From: Antedon mediterranea
Lineage: Eukaryota; Animalia; Echinodermata
Length of the DNA stretch: 64,000 bases
Direction of reading: 5' to 3'
Assembly: GCF_964355755.1 (NCBI RefSeq)
Contig: NC_092670.1
Span: forward strand, 11,394,795 to 11,458,794
Within the stretch, counting starts at the first letter, position 1. Each line of letters opens with the position of its first letter. Position numbers and translations under genes: made by a program. The notes under the pieces are model-generated. The model was not told the DNA's origin. It ran no database searches and saw only the letters and a list, made by a program, of their open reading frames with translations. Below, piece after piece: positions 13,570 to 24,703 of the stretch.

Positions 13570-13958
13570 TAACGTTTACTGTATAACCGCAACGGTTACA
13601 ACATGTAAGGCAGTTCATATAAAAATACATTAAGAAATTACTTATTATTAAGTAAGTATTTTTTTTAAATGTTTTCAACAATTTTCTATTGTAAAATAAA
13701 TATAATGAGTGCCTTCGTTACAATAGAAACAAAATGATATGTATCTTTTAACTTTGCAATTACACTGGTACACAATTGATGCAATATAAATATTGATCAG
13801 GGGAAATTAAATGCGTTTATGTCATGCACGCCATGAAGAAAAAATGTAGCTTAGCTGACACAAATTATAAAATTTGAACGACGACAGGAATGACATATAC
13901 TTTTAAGCATATACATTTTATGAGTGAATATACTCGTTTGCGTAAAAGTACGATGTAA

Positions 13959-14208
13959 AGCCTGTTTTCCGGTCGAAGTTATTCGATGCTATCGTCGTTG
14001 ATCGTTCAGCCTGTTTTCCTGTCGACGTTATTCGATGCTATCGTCGTTGATCGTTAACAGTTCAACGACGATCATTTGAAAACGATCAAGTTGAAATGAT
14101 AACGATAGCGAGTACCTTTTCTTGTAAATGGTTAACATTTCAATGTTTACGTAAGATCACCGATTATTGTTAACGTAGCGTCGAATAACGTCGACAGGAA
14201 AACAGGCT
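13959..14208. mobile_element. MITE (TIR AGCCTGTTTTCCTGTCGACGTTATTCGA, TAA/TTA flanks) with its left ~50 bp tandemly duplicated
   Basis: Left taa|agcctgttttcc, right tcgaataacgtcgacaggaaaacaggct|tta. A second copy of the left end starts at ~14008. Confidence 0.85.
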
Positions 14209-15191
14209 TTATACTCCAATACGAACAACGTCAGAATCAGAGGAAATTAAAATCACCAATTTGTGGTAAGCTCTGCATACCACTCTAGTGGACCCGTGTA
14301 TTTCCGTTATGCTGGCACCAATATTTATAACCACAAACACAACCCGTAAGTCACTCTAATGTGAACCATTTCGTTTGAACCTACTCCCAGTGTTAACCAC
14401 AAACACAATTTGTAAGTCGCTGCCGATGTGAACCATCTAGTTTGAACCTGTATCCTCGTTACGCTTTCTCACGCCATACTGTTTATGTTTGATGTTTGAT
14501 CGGAAAAAATCCATTACGTCTTTCAGTACATTTCAGTTACTAATGTACGGGTTGGTTATGACTCAATTTGACTCGTCTTGGTAACAGTAATGGCTTTCAA
14601 AATGTAATATAATGTAAAACCACCGTGTACGTGAAAGGTTGTAGGCCTATATAACTGGAACAGGGTTAACATCAACTCAAGTTCTCGGTACGAATATGCC
14701 CCAACGTGTATCTGTTTCAATAATGCTTTCAATCATGTTTCCGAGATAGTTTCTTTTAAAAATAGTAAATAATAGATATTTGAACACGTTTTCAAAAAAA
14801 ATCTGGAAATGAGTGTTGAATACCAAATCACATATCGTTTTAAGACTATGATGTCAATAACAAGGTCAAAATCCGCGTTATAAATGAATTGAAATTGATT
14901 TTGCTACTTATATATCATCAGCTAAGATATCATTTAAAATTGAATCGAATTCACCGAATTGCTTGGCAAAAGTGATAACATGCCACTAAAGTGTTTATCA
15001 TATACATTTGTGTTTTACATGTACGACATATTTACAGAATATTTACAACTTATTAATATTGATATAGTATTTAAATAAAAATAATTTCTTAAATATACTT
15101 GAATCCTAATATTGACACTTTGTTTACGTACATCAAATAGATAAACATTTGTGTCGAATAAGAACCGCGACGCTTATAATAAATAACCGTA

Positions 15192-15368
15192 AGTCCGGTG
15201 CACACTGAATATCTTACACGCGAAGTGACAAGCGACAAACCGCAAAATTGCGCGAAGCTTGAAAATCGACTGATGTTCACTGAAATCGTTCGTCGCGTCA
15301 TAATTACGGTTCGATTTGACGCTTGCCGCGTGTCGCTTCGCGTGTGTCTTGTTCAGTATGCACCGGTC
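15192..15368. mobile_element. CpG-rich MITE (TIR about AGTCCGGTGCACACTGAA)
   Basis: agtccggtgcacactgaa ... ttcagtatgcaccggtct, flanked by TAA/TTA-like triplets. Confidence 0.75.
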
Positions 15369-15975
15369 TTTACAATGGATACCATTGGGCAGTAGCCTCG
15401 ACACAATGTATTATAATGCGGTTGTAAATATCAACTATCAAAACAACCACCATTAGCCAAATAAAAAGCACCACAGTCAAATAAGTGCCGCATACCTTTA
15501 AAGAGACCACGGTGATAACTTTACAATTTACACGGGCAAGAATAAGATTGTTATACGAAAATAATGCCTTCTCAGAGGCAATGCTCATGGTCTTTTTTCA
15601 GATGGTAGTAATTGGTCATGATAATAGGCCTACCCCTGAGATAAATCCATCCGAATCTGTACGTGGTGTGAACGACACGAGGCCTATCGTGGGTGGGAAA
15701 CAATGACCAGTATAAACCTCATTCCAAACAAAATTGAAATAAATTTTGGCGGTGCATCTTTTACATCTATTCAGCAATATGAATAAAATAGGCCTAGCTA
15801 TAATACAGCAGTAATTGAAAATATTCAATATTCACAAACTCTGGTGTCTCACAGCAGAAATGTTGTCACTCTTGATCACCACGACTTAGTTAAGCTTATA
15901 CCAAAAACCTGGTTGTTGTGAATATGCACGTTACTTCAATATTATGTAAGGCCCCGGTGTAGGCCTACACAGTAT

Positions 15976-16995
15976 TCACATTTGTTCACTTGTCTGCTGA
16001 GTGGCCGTTATATTAGTGGTTCCGGCATCGTTTGCGATGGTATATTCAGGCCCGGCTGATACATGTCCAAAGAGAAGATACCTTCTAAAGTATTTCTTAA
16101 ATAGAGGGCTTCGGGTGTATAGCACGATCGGGTTGACGCACGAATTCATGTACATAAATATGGTGGATATACTTGGCAAAAGTTTAATCCATCCATGGTC
16201 AAGATCATGATTGAACTGCTTTACTAGATTATTGACATTAAGTGGAAGCCAACAGATAGCAAACAAAACAGCGATTATCATTACAGTAGCGGCGAGGTGT
16301 TTTCGAGCGGCTTGCGAGCGACTTGTGCCACCTGATGACGAATTAAACGTTGCCGGCTGATCCGTTAGCTTCACGGCCATCATTATATAAAAAAGCACAA
16401 CTAACAACATTGGTACGATATACATAAAAACGAATCGAACAATGGCGTAAGCTATCGCTTCTGGTGAGCCATGCGGTAAATGCTGACACCAGGAAAATTC
16501 ACAATACGTTTCGACGTTGGCGGTATAAGTCAACGGTATGCTGAACCCGATGGATACGATCCAAATGACTGCAAGTTTGAACAGAAGCGAGTTTACAGGG
16601 TTAAGGCTACTTCTTGATTTTGGCTGAGCAACGGCTTTATATCGATCTAAGCTTAAACTCAGAATAGTGAAAATAGTGACGCCCTGGATAACGATGGATA
16701 ATGAGCTGAAAAACTTACATTGTAGTTTCGAGGTTTTGAAAGGTTGTAAGTATTTTCTAAATTCTAAAATTGGGGTTAAGGACATCAATATAAAGTCTCC
16801 AATTGCTAAATTCAACATGGCATAATTCGAACTTGTGCGCATGTGTCTGTTTAATGTCACGGACAGTATAACGAGCAGGTTACCAAGAAGTCCCACTATT
16901 GAAATGATCACTGTTGCAGCCACATAAATTTTGGCATCAGTCTCGGGAACATAATATTCAGGTTGCGTACAGTTAGGCCCAGTATTGTTATCCAT
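15976..16995 (-). CDS. Class A (rhodopsin-like) peptide GPCR of the bombesin/GRP-CCHamide-endothelin receptor group, 339 aa, uninterrupted CDS
   Basis: Seven hydrophobic segments with GLLGN (TM1), NLAIGD (TM2), GVTIFTILSLSLDRYKAV (TM3, DRY), IWIVS..FSIP (TM4), RKHLAATV..LFAICWLP (TM6) and NSCVNPIVLY (TM7, NPxxY). N-terminal sequons NNT and NCT. These match my recollection of GRPR/NMBR motifs (VSVFTLTALSADRYKAIV, RKRLAKTV, NSCVNPFALY). Confidence 0.95.
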   Translation of the reverse strand: MDNNTGPNCTQPEYYVPETDAKIYVAATVIISIVGLLGNLLVILSVTLNRHMRTSSNYAMLNLAIGDFILMSLTPILEFRKYLQPFKTSKLQCKFFSSLSIVIQGVTIFTILSLSLDRYKAVAQPKSRSSLNPVNSLLFKLAVIWIVSIGFSIPLTYTANVETYCEFSWCQHLPHGSPEAIAYAIVRFVFMYIVPMLLVVLFYIMMAVKLTDQPATFNSSSGGTSRSQAARKHLAATVMIIAVLFAICWLPLNVNNLVKQFNHDLDHGWIKLLPSISTIFMYMNSCVNPIVLYTRSPLFKKYFRRYLLFGHVSAGPEYTIANDAGTTNITATQQTSEQM

Positions 16996-17060
16996 TATTG
17001 CACCACTTTGTTTTACTGTGTATTTTCTTCAGACGTAACGAGTAGTATAGTCATAGTTGC

Positions 17061-17080
17061 CTATAAAATAAAGAACAGAA
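17061..17080 (-). other. 3' splice acceptor of a 5'-UTR intron of the GPCR gene
   Basis: Minus strand ttctgttctttattttatag|gcaac: a polypyrimidine tract plus AG, 65 nt upstream of the ATG. Confidence 0.65.
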
Positions 17081-17403
17081 TTTGGTTATTATTTCTCACA
17101 ATAAATACATTTCAAACAAAATATACATTTGAACAGAGATTGTCTCGGATAACAAGGTTGAGGATGCTGATGGTTCTTGAAGCTCTCTTTGCAGCTCAAA
17201 ACAAAGCTAAACTGAGATTGGGTGCAAGTGAAGCGTCAGAGCCAAAAAAATGTGCAAAACCTGGTTCCGCAGTTGCCATGGAGCATGCAATCGAGAGATG
17301 TCTCCAACAAGAATGTCAATATGATGCAGCGAGGGAAGAAACATGAAAGTCAAAGAGGATGAAAATAACAGTTATGAATAGTAGGATGCTGGTTACACAG
17401 TTA

Positions 17404-17545
17404 TGTTTGGTTCCCACTAGAGACACAACACGAGGACGCAACGTAGGTGAGTTGACCACTCACAAGCAATGGATTATTATTCGAACTGTCGCTTGTCATT
17501 GGTCAACTCGCTGGCGTTGCGTTGCGTTCTAGTGGGAGCAAAGCT
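17404..17545. mobile_element. MITE family A copy, with further A-related fragments at ~17695-17875
   Basis: tta|tgtttggttcccactag ... ctagtgggagcaaagct|tta. Confidence 0.85.
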
Positions 17546-19132
17546 TTACCATGGACGCAAGTGTATAGAGAGATAGCGCTAGGCCTAGATGGACAGTAGG
17601 ATGCTGATGACAAGAGATGGTGCAAAATAGAACAGAATAGATTTAGCGAGAGAAGAGATGTGCTGAGGTAACGCAAGAAGATGCACAGGACAGAGATGGT
17701 TCCCACGTTGTTTTCTAATCATTCAAGTTCACTTAAAAAGGAATGCGAAAGTGATAGAAGATTATTTTCTTACGTTGTGTCATTGCGTTGGAATTGCGGC
17801 ATGATTTTTTCATAGTGGGGACCAAGCCAATGTAGGCTTACGTCTTAGCATTGCGTACAAGTGGGAACTAAAATTAAAGCGTGGTGATGAAAGAGTTGGC
17901 ATAGTACATATGCCGACAGAGCGAATTTAAATTCGAAAGAAGAAGATTTTTTTTTATAAATTTAACAATATGTGCATTGTATCATTAAGAAATCCTTTCA
18001 ACTCTCTGCGAATGTTTTAAAACTATATGTTTGTACGCATTACTAAAATTAGAGTAAGGATACAAGAAATAAAGTAATTGATAAATTGAACATTAAAGCC
18101 CATACTTAGATTGTGGATTAAAGTAAAACGTCTTGAAAATGGAAATGAATATTGTTATTCATTTCACCGTCGATACACTCTACACTATTCATATCCAAAT
18201 TTATGTTGCACTTAATGCGATATCGTATACGTTTCTATTTTTATAGTCCATTTGCTACTGTTGCGCGCGTTTTATGTTATTTGTCGAATGATATCATTTT
18301 AAACATATCTTGTTTCACTATCGGACCAATTTACATCACACTGGTATTGACAGAGCAGTGTCAATATTGGAGATATGCACCCATTACACACAATTTATGT
18401 GCATAATTTTCAAAAGTCTCAACAACGGGATGGTTTAAATTTTCATCATGAAATTTAATTTTGATATATTGTATTGAAAATAAATAATACGTGACATTGA
18501 AAAGAAATAAAAAAAATCAATAAATGTAAAAGAATAGAACATAAATTTACAGTGAAAGGTTATGTACTATCTAATTAAGCCGCCGATTATCGGTACTTTA
18601 TCTACACCTCGTCCAGTATCATAGTCACATGTATCACATGTGACGCATGTACCATGCCTGTACCTGCACTTTAACCTTACCCAACATGATACAGAATCTA
18701 CATGTGATTATTGTGACACTGTATTACAGACTATGCCTTGATACTGGTAATATAATCATATTTGTTGAAAGAGTACAGTTAATCTGGTGAACATTAATAG
18801 GTACGACTTTTGATCCGTATCTATCTGAACCGAACCGATTTAATGAATCGCGAAACTTATGTGTATGTTGAAATATAACGAGTGGGGACCGTTATATTAT
18901 ACTGACGACTATAGTCCTAGAACACAACTAAAATAAGTTCTTTCATACAAAGATGACATATTCATGTTTATTTAACTTAATCTTACAGATCAGTCGTTAG
19001 CTTAATCGCAATAATCCGTTAGATTTAAAATCATCTTTATCAGCTGGGTTCCATAATCTTTAAGTCGATACACTTGAATTACTATGTAAGATATTTTCTA
19101 AAACAAAAATCAATTTATAATATATAAGGTAT

Positions 19133-19475
19133 GCTGTGAGTGACCGAGCAGCAGTTTAGACAGGGGCACTGCAAACGATAGCCGTAATAATATCGGCACA
19201 GGTTCAAGGCACTTCCTCGCAATGGTTCTGGTGGTAGAATAATTCATTTGTGATAAGTATCGGAGTCAACTGTATAAACCTATCTTAGCTCGTGTGTGAA
19301 TTCATACCAGTGAATCTTTCGGAATGGGCATGGGCAGGGGTTACACGCATGCCTTGGTCCGTACCATTACTGTATTGGGTTAACAAAACCTTCCAGCTGA
19401 ATCACTACTGTTATAGGGAAAACCACGCGAGTGGCCATTTATCCCTCAAATAAGATGAAAAGGAAATAAACACTT
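19133..19475 (+). mobile_element. tRNA-derived SINE with a Deu/Nin-domain-like core
   Basis: A/B-box-like head (gtgaccgagc...ggttcaagg), then atctttcggaatgggcatgggcaggggttac and gtggccatttatccctcaa, similar to the recalled Deu-domain consensus (...GAAGAGCAGGGG...TGGCCAATATTTATCCCTCAA). A-rich end. Confidence 0.6.
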
Positions 19476-19634
19476 TGACAAAATTCCTTATGATTTCTAT
19501 CTACTTCTTCAATGTTTATGCTCTAAGTAATGTAGAGTATTTGTAATTCACATGCACTCCACTAGTTATCAAACTTTATGTGACAAAATATATATGGACA
19601 TGATGATGTAATATACAACCATATTTAAGCATAT

Positions 19635-19987
19635 TAAGCCATTAATGCAATTATTCTAATGTAAAATCATTTATTTATAAATGTAAACTAGGTAAATATA
19701 AGCCAAATCTATCAAAATGGTTATGAACGAGTTAAAAAGGTTTTATGGAACGGAAAAATTTATTTATCATCAGAATTTTGAGGACAGTATTTTTAATAGA
19801 AAATGGATAAAATTAGAAGAATTTATAAATCAAATATGAAATTGTTAGAGATTAGAATAATTTTTATGAACCTTTATTTAATTTGTTAGATGGATATCTT
19901 TGTTGTTTTTGTTTGCTTTTAATTTTAATTTTTTATTTGATTATGTTTTTCCTTTGTAATGTATTATATGATGAAATAAAAAAATAA
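19635..19987 (+). mobile_element. 5'-truncated L1/Tx1-clade LINE with a 14-bp TSD, inserted in a MITE of family E
   Basis: atatttaagcatat is duplicated at 19621-19634 and 19988-20001. The insert translates, with frameshifts, to INAIIL / KSFIYKCKLGKYKPN / LKRFYGTEKFI...FNRKW and ends in aaataaaaaaataa. Confidence 0.8.
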
Positions 19988-20339
19988 ATATTTAAGCATA
20001 TCACTACCATATTTGGCCACGTCACACTTTTTTGTCAAACTAGTTTGATAGCGTAGCCAGAGCTAAGTAAAATAAAAAAAGATCCGATGATAGTTTCTGC
20101 TTCGGTTGTTCTTTGCCAGGAATCAGTTTGGTAGAATGTTTTTCTATTGCCTTAATTCGGCTAAAAGTCACAAAGTGTTGAAAATTAAATGGGAAATTAG
20201 AAAAAAAAAACTTTTAAAAATATTATTGCATAGTAATTTAATCCTAGACGAATAATTACATATTAAAATTATATTTTTACGTAGTCAATTAAGTAAGCAT
20301 TAGTGAGTATAGAAAATAGAGCAACATTCGCCGACAACG

Positions 20340-20520
20340 TAATGACGTACGCGCAACGCAAGTGAGTTGACCAATCACAAGCGACAGTTCGGATGATTCA
20401 TTGCGTCGTGATTGGTCAACCAAATTACTTGCGTTGCACTTACATCCCTGTGGGAAGCAATCTCTATTCTATACCTATCTCTAGATATGTTGCGCCTTGC
20501 GTCCAAGTGGTAACCAAACG
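20340..20520. mobile_element. MITE family A, degenerate copy
   Basis: gcaagtgagttgaccaatcacaagcgacagttcg core plus a right-TIR remnant. Confidence 0.75.
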
Positions 20521-21391
20521 TTCAGAATTTGGCACTGTGTGTATTTTATTCCGTACTTCACGCCATTAGATAAATACTTGAGTATACGTGACGCAATTGC
20601 GTACAAATAATACGTGTACAAACGTCCATTTGGGAAACGCAGGTACGTGTAGGCCTAATGTTTGCTTAACTAGAGTTCGTAAAATTTAACGTTGAATGTA
20701 AAAATCAGGTTTACCGCCTACTCGTTTTAACCCATTGGAGTCATATCCTCAGGAGTGAATTGTACCAAATTAATGCGCTAATTTTCTGCCGGACTTACGA
20801 TCACCAAATAATAAAAAATGATTCTTACGGTTTTAGAGACGAGCTTATGAAAACGACAGCGCATCAATAACACGATTATATGAGCGATTAAATTACCGCT
20901 AACGCTGGACATACCGGTCAATTTAAAACTTGAAAATGCAATCAAATCTTGCTGAAATAATCAGTATATAGACAAAATAGGATCATTAATTAAGATTGAG
21001 TTGGACGAGAATTTAAAATTCATTACCACTAATCGAACGCGTTAAGAAAATTGCAAACATATTAATCACGGTTTAAGAGATGTTGCTCTTCTATGTAGGC
21101 CCGTAGCAGTAAACTTAACTCCTTGGATTTAATCTTGATATAAAAACACCGTAATATTTTGCTGGTATTGTTCTGTTCTGTCGTTTTAGCAAATTAATCA
21201 CTTTACAACAACAATGAACCGTAGACTATGATGCCATGAAAACAAAAATATTCTTTTTCCGCGAGTTAACGAATAGTTTGAGAAGAATATACGAACAGAG
21301 TAGATACTATACTCAAGTAGGTGATCGGTGTGTTTGATTAAGAGTTTTAATTCAAGAAAATACGTCACTAAACCAGAGAGCGTGTACCCAT

Positions 21392-22036
21392 ATCGGACCT
21401 AATATATAATAATATATAATATCGTAATATAATTTAGTTGTAACGCGTTACCGAATATATCATGTGGTAGTGGGATTGTCGTAGTGGTTAACATTCTCGT
21501 CTGCAGTAACTGATCTCAGAGTCATGGGTTCGAGTCTTGTCAGACTCCAGAAACACAATGACAAGAAACAACCCCACTCCCAAGACGTGATTGTTGTATT
21601 TTGTTTTATCGGACTTAATATATAATAATATATAATATCGTAATATAATTTAGTTGTAACGCGTTACCGAATATATTATGTGGTAGTGAGATTGTCGTAG
21701 TGATTAAGATTCTCGTCTACAGTAACGGATCTCAGGGTCATGGGTTCGAGTCTTGTCAGACGCCAGAAACACCATGACAAGAAACAATTCCATTCCGAAG
21801 ACGTGATTGTTGTATTTTGTTTTATCGGACTTAATATATAATAATATATAATATCGTAATATAATTTAGTTGTAACGCGTTACCGAATATATTATGTGGT
21901 AGTTGGATTGTCGTAGTGGTTAACATTCTCGTCTACAGTAACTGATCTCAGAGTCATGGGTTCGAGTTCTGTCAGACGCCAGAAACACCATGACAAGAAA
22001 CAACCCCACTCCCGTGATTGTTGTATTTTGTTTTAT
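21392..22036 (+). repeat. Three tandem copies of a 216-bp unit, each with a tRNA-like A-box/B-box segment
   Basis: Units start at 21392, 21608 and 21824. Each has an A-box-like gtagtggttaa (gtagtgattaa in unit 2) and a B-box-like gggttcgagt. Confidence 0.9.
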
Positions 22037-24284
22037 TATTTATAAAATGTACAATCAGACTTTGTTTATGTATTGTTTTCTTATCCGTTTGTCCTGTCAT
22101 GGAAGAATGTTATTTCCTCCATGGTCACGTGAACATGGAGACGTACAATGAATGAAATAAGTTATGGTTATCGTTCTCTAACTCCGAGTGTTTTTGTAAT
22201 CCCATGCCATACCCGAAACACCGTTCATTCAATACAATTTTATTCGGTGTTTGCCTTCCATAGTTTAACCATAGTTTTTGTTTTCGTTTGCAATATTGCT
22301 TCGCTTAGTAGTCATCATAACTTGTCATTAGATAGATAGGAAGTAACACATTAACCTTTGAAGCTAATTAACTAAATTAGGCGATTTGTTTCTGTTTTAG
22401 AGCATTTTACAACAATTATAGTCAAATAGACTATCTAAATCCATTACGTTCAAGTATTACATCTATCATTATAAAATATAAAGCGACTGCATCTGTACTA
22501 ACCATACTCATTTCATTTGATTTCAATTCATTCAATATTTATTTCGCCCAAAATCAAACATCAACATATGTACACTTACTAAACAAATAAAACAACAAAC
22601 AAGTATCAGATCAAAGAATTCTATAGAGTCCTATTAAAAATATCAGAATCAATACAATTTCGTAGATCGAATATAAAGAATTATAGTTTTAAGGAGGATT
22701 TCGAAACAGAAACAAGGATCAGTAGGACTATACTCATTATCACATTATTTTTTTGTTCAAAATTTCATTGTTATGTATTTTTGTAGGCCTTTGCTAATCT
22801 TCTCACCCTTACTTAAGACTCGTACCAAAAAATGTATTTATAGAGCAGTCTTGTCCCCTTATTTAATCAATTTGTTGAACAAGAATACTGCAGAGGTCAA
22901 AATCTAGCACGCCAATAGAAACATTGAATATCACTTTTCCGTTGAATAGAACAAAATCACCAATGACACGTAATAAATTGGATATACGTAGCTGTGTTAT
23001 AAAAATTACAATATTCACTAATATGATAACTCTATTTCGGGGTCAAATTCACTCGATTAAACTTTTTTTTTAAATTTCAAGAAGATTGGCCTTTTTATTT
23101 TCACAGTTTTGTTGGAGATTACTCATCGAGAATATTGAATGAAAATGTGTTTTTTAAATTACCATTCCTTTTAACTCATCTTATTAATATCTCTTACGTT
23201 TTATTTTAGTAAACTAAAACCAAATCAATTTAAATTGATGTAATTTGATATTTAAAAAAAAAAAACATAATAAGCGGTTTAAATTTGAATATTCCGTTGT
23301 TTATACATTTTGTAGACAGTGATGATTGGTTTGACCTAGATTTGTGTCTATGGCCTGTTTCTGCTAACAAAGAAAACTGTTGTGGTGTTTTGAGCAGTTG
23401 GTAATACTTTTTACACCTGGACGCTGTATGCAGTAATCGAATTGTGCCTGCGTTGACGATACCCATTTAAAAAAAATTTAAATTTTATAATACCGAATAG
23501 TAATACCATACGGAGCAATAAACACGAATGCTCACAACCAATCGGGGTTATGGGGATAATCCAAAAGGGGACCATGTTGCTAACCACAGTCATATTCATG
23601 TAGGCCTACACTGATAAGCCTAATATCTATATGCCATGATATCTTTAAAAAAAAAAACCATATTAATTATTACAATTTACAATTTTACAACAACAACACC
23701 CAACAGTACACCAAAAAGAAGCGAGTGCTTGTCAGTTTGGTAACTATTATTTAAATGCATCTACATATACATACATACACCATACAACAACAATTATGTA
23801 CAGTACAAAAGAAGTAAAAACATTGGTCGCCTACGACCGGTCAGCACCTCCGGTATGGAAATTCTTCTGTGGGGATACGGGGAAATGTCTTTCCTGCCTA
23901 CGAAAAAGGGGATAATCACAATGCTAACACGACGTTCGTTCCACTCCGATGCCCATATAACAGATGTAAAAAATGAAAAAAAAAATTAAAATTCGATACC
24001 TAATTAAACAGGTCAGTTTGATTTTATAGTAATAAACTCTCATCGATCATACATACAAAATATGATATGTTATTACAATACAGATTATATGTTACAAAAT
24101 TAAGCTACTTTTAATGATTCAATTAAAAAAAAATCATTTTGAAAACAAGTTAACAACCGCAAGGTGTTTTTCCAACTATCATTCAAAATAAGTAGAATAC
24201 AATATGAAGCCCGTTGAGATTAAACTTTAAACAATAAACCAATGAGTTCAAAGCCTATACAAAAAAAACAAGTGGACCTCGCAT

Positions 24285-24478
24285 ATCACACGAATATTGT
24301 ACGCGGCCAGAAGAATATTACACGCATGTCACACGAATATTTCACGCTGCCACACAAATATTACACGCATGTCACAAGAATATTACAGGCATGGTCCACG
24401 AATATTACTCGCATGTCCACGAATTTTACACGCATGCAACATGAATTATACACGCATTCCACACGAATATTATACAGT
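24285..24478. repeat. Minisatellite of about 21-23 bp (cacacgaatattacacgcatg)
   Basis: About 9 degenerate direct copies, accounting for ORFs 24242 and 24297. Confidence 0.85.
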
Positions 24479-24539
24479 GTTTTAATTACGATTTGGGAAC
24501 GTTATTTTCAAGTTTGTCGTGTTCAGGAAGGCAATTTTA

Positions 24540-24703
24540 AACCAGTTCTCCACCATTCGGCTTTTTATTCGAGAACATTTAGTGGAAAAAAGGCATGTTG
24601 TGCATTTTTGCATATAAAATAATAGATGGAAACGTCAATGCGCATGCGTATAAGATGACACTTTCGATTCGCGCGAATGAATTCGGCTAGTGGAAACTGG
24701 TTT
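24540..24703. mobile_element. MITE (TIR about AACCAGTTTCCAC), with a relative at ~57721-57975
   Basis: aaccagttctccacca ... tagtggaaactggtt. The cgcatgcgta...ctttcgattcgcgcg segment is shared with 57931-57970. Confidence 0.7.

Noticed and set aside
13401-13572. MITE B (ends in GGCC) as the source of TAGGCCTA scars
   Set aside because: Its flanks are 3-bp TAA/TTA with AGGCC...GGCCT ends, which would not give TA+GGCC+TA at a bare TA.
16963-17346. 127-aa plus-strand ORF
   Set aside because: It is antisense to the GPCR 5' end and intron, has no recognisable domain, and may be a LINE tail relic.
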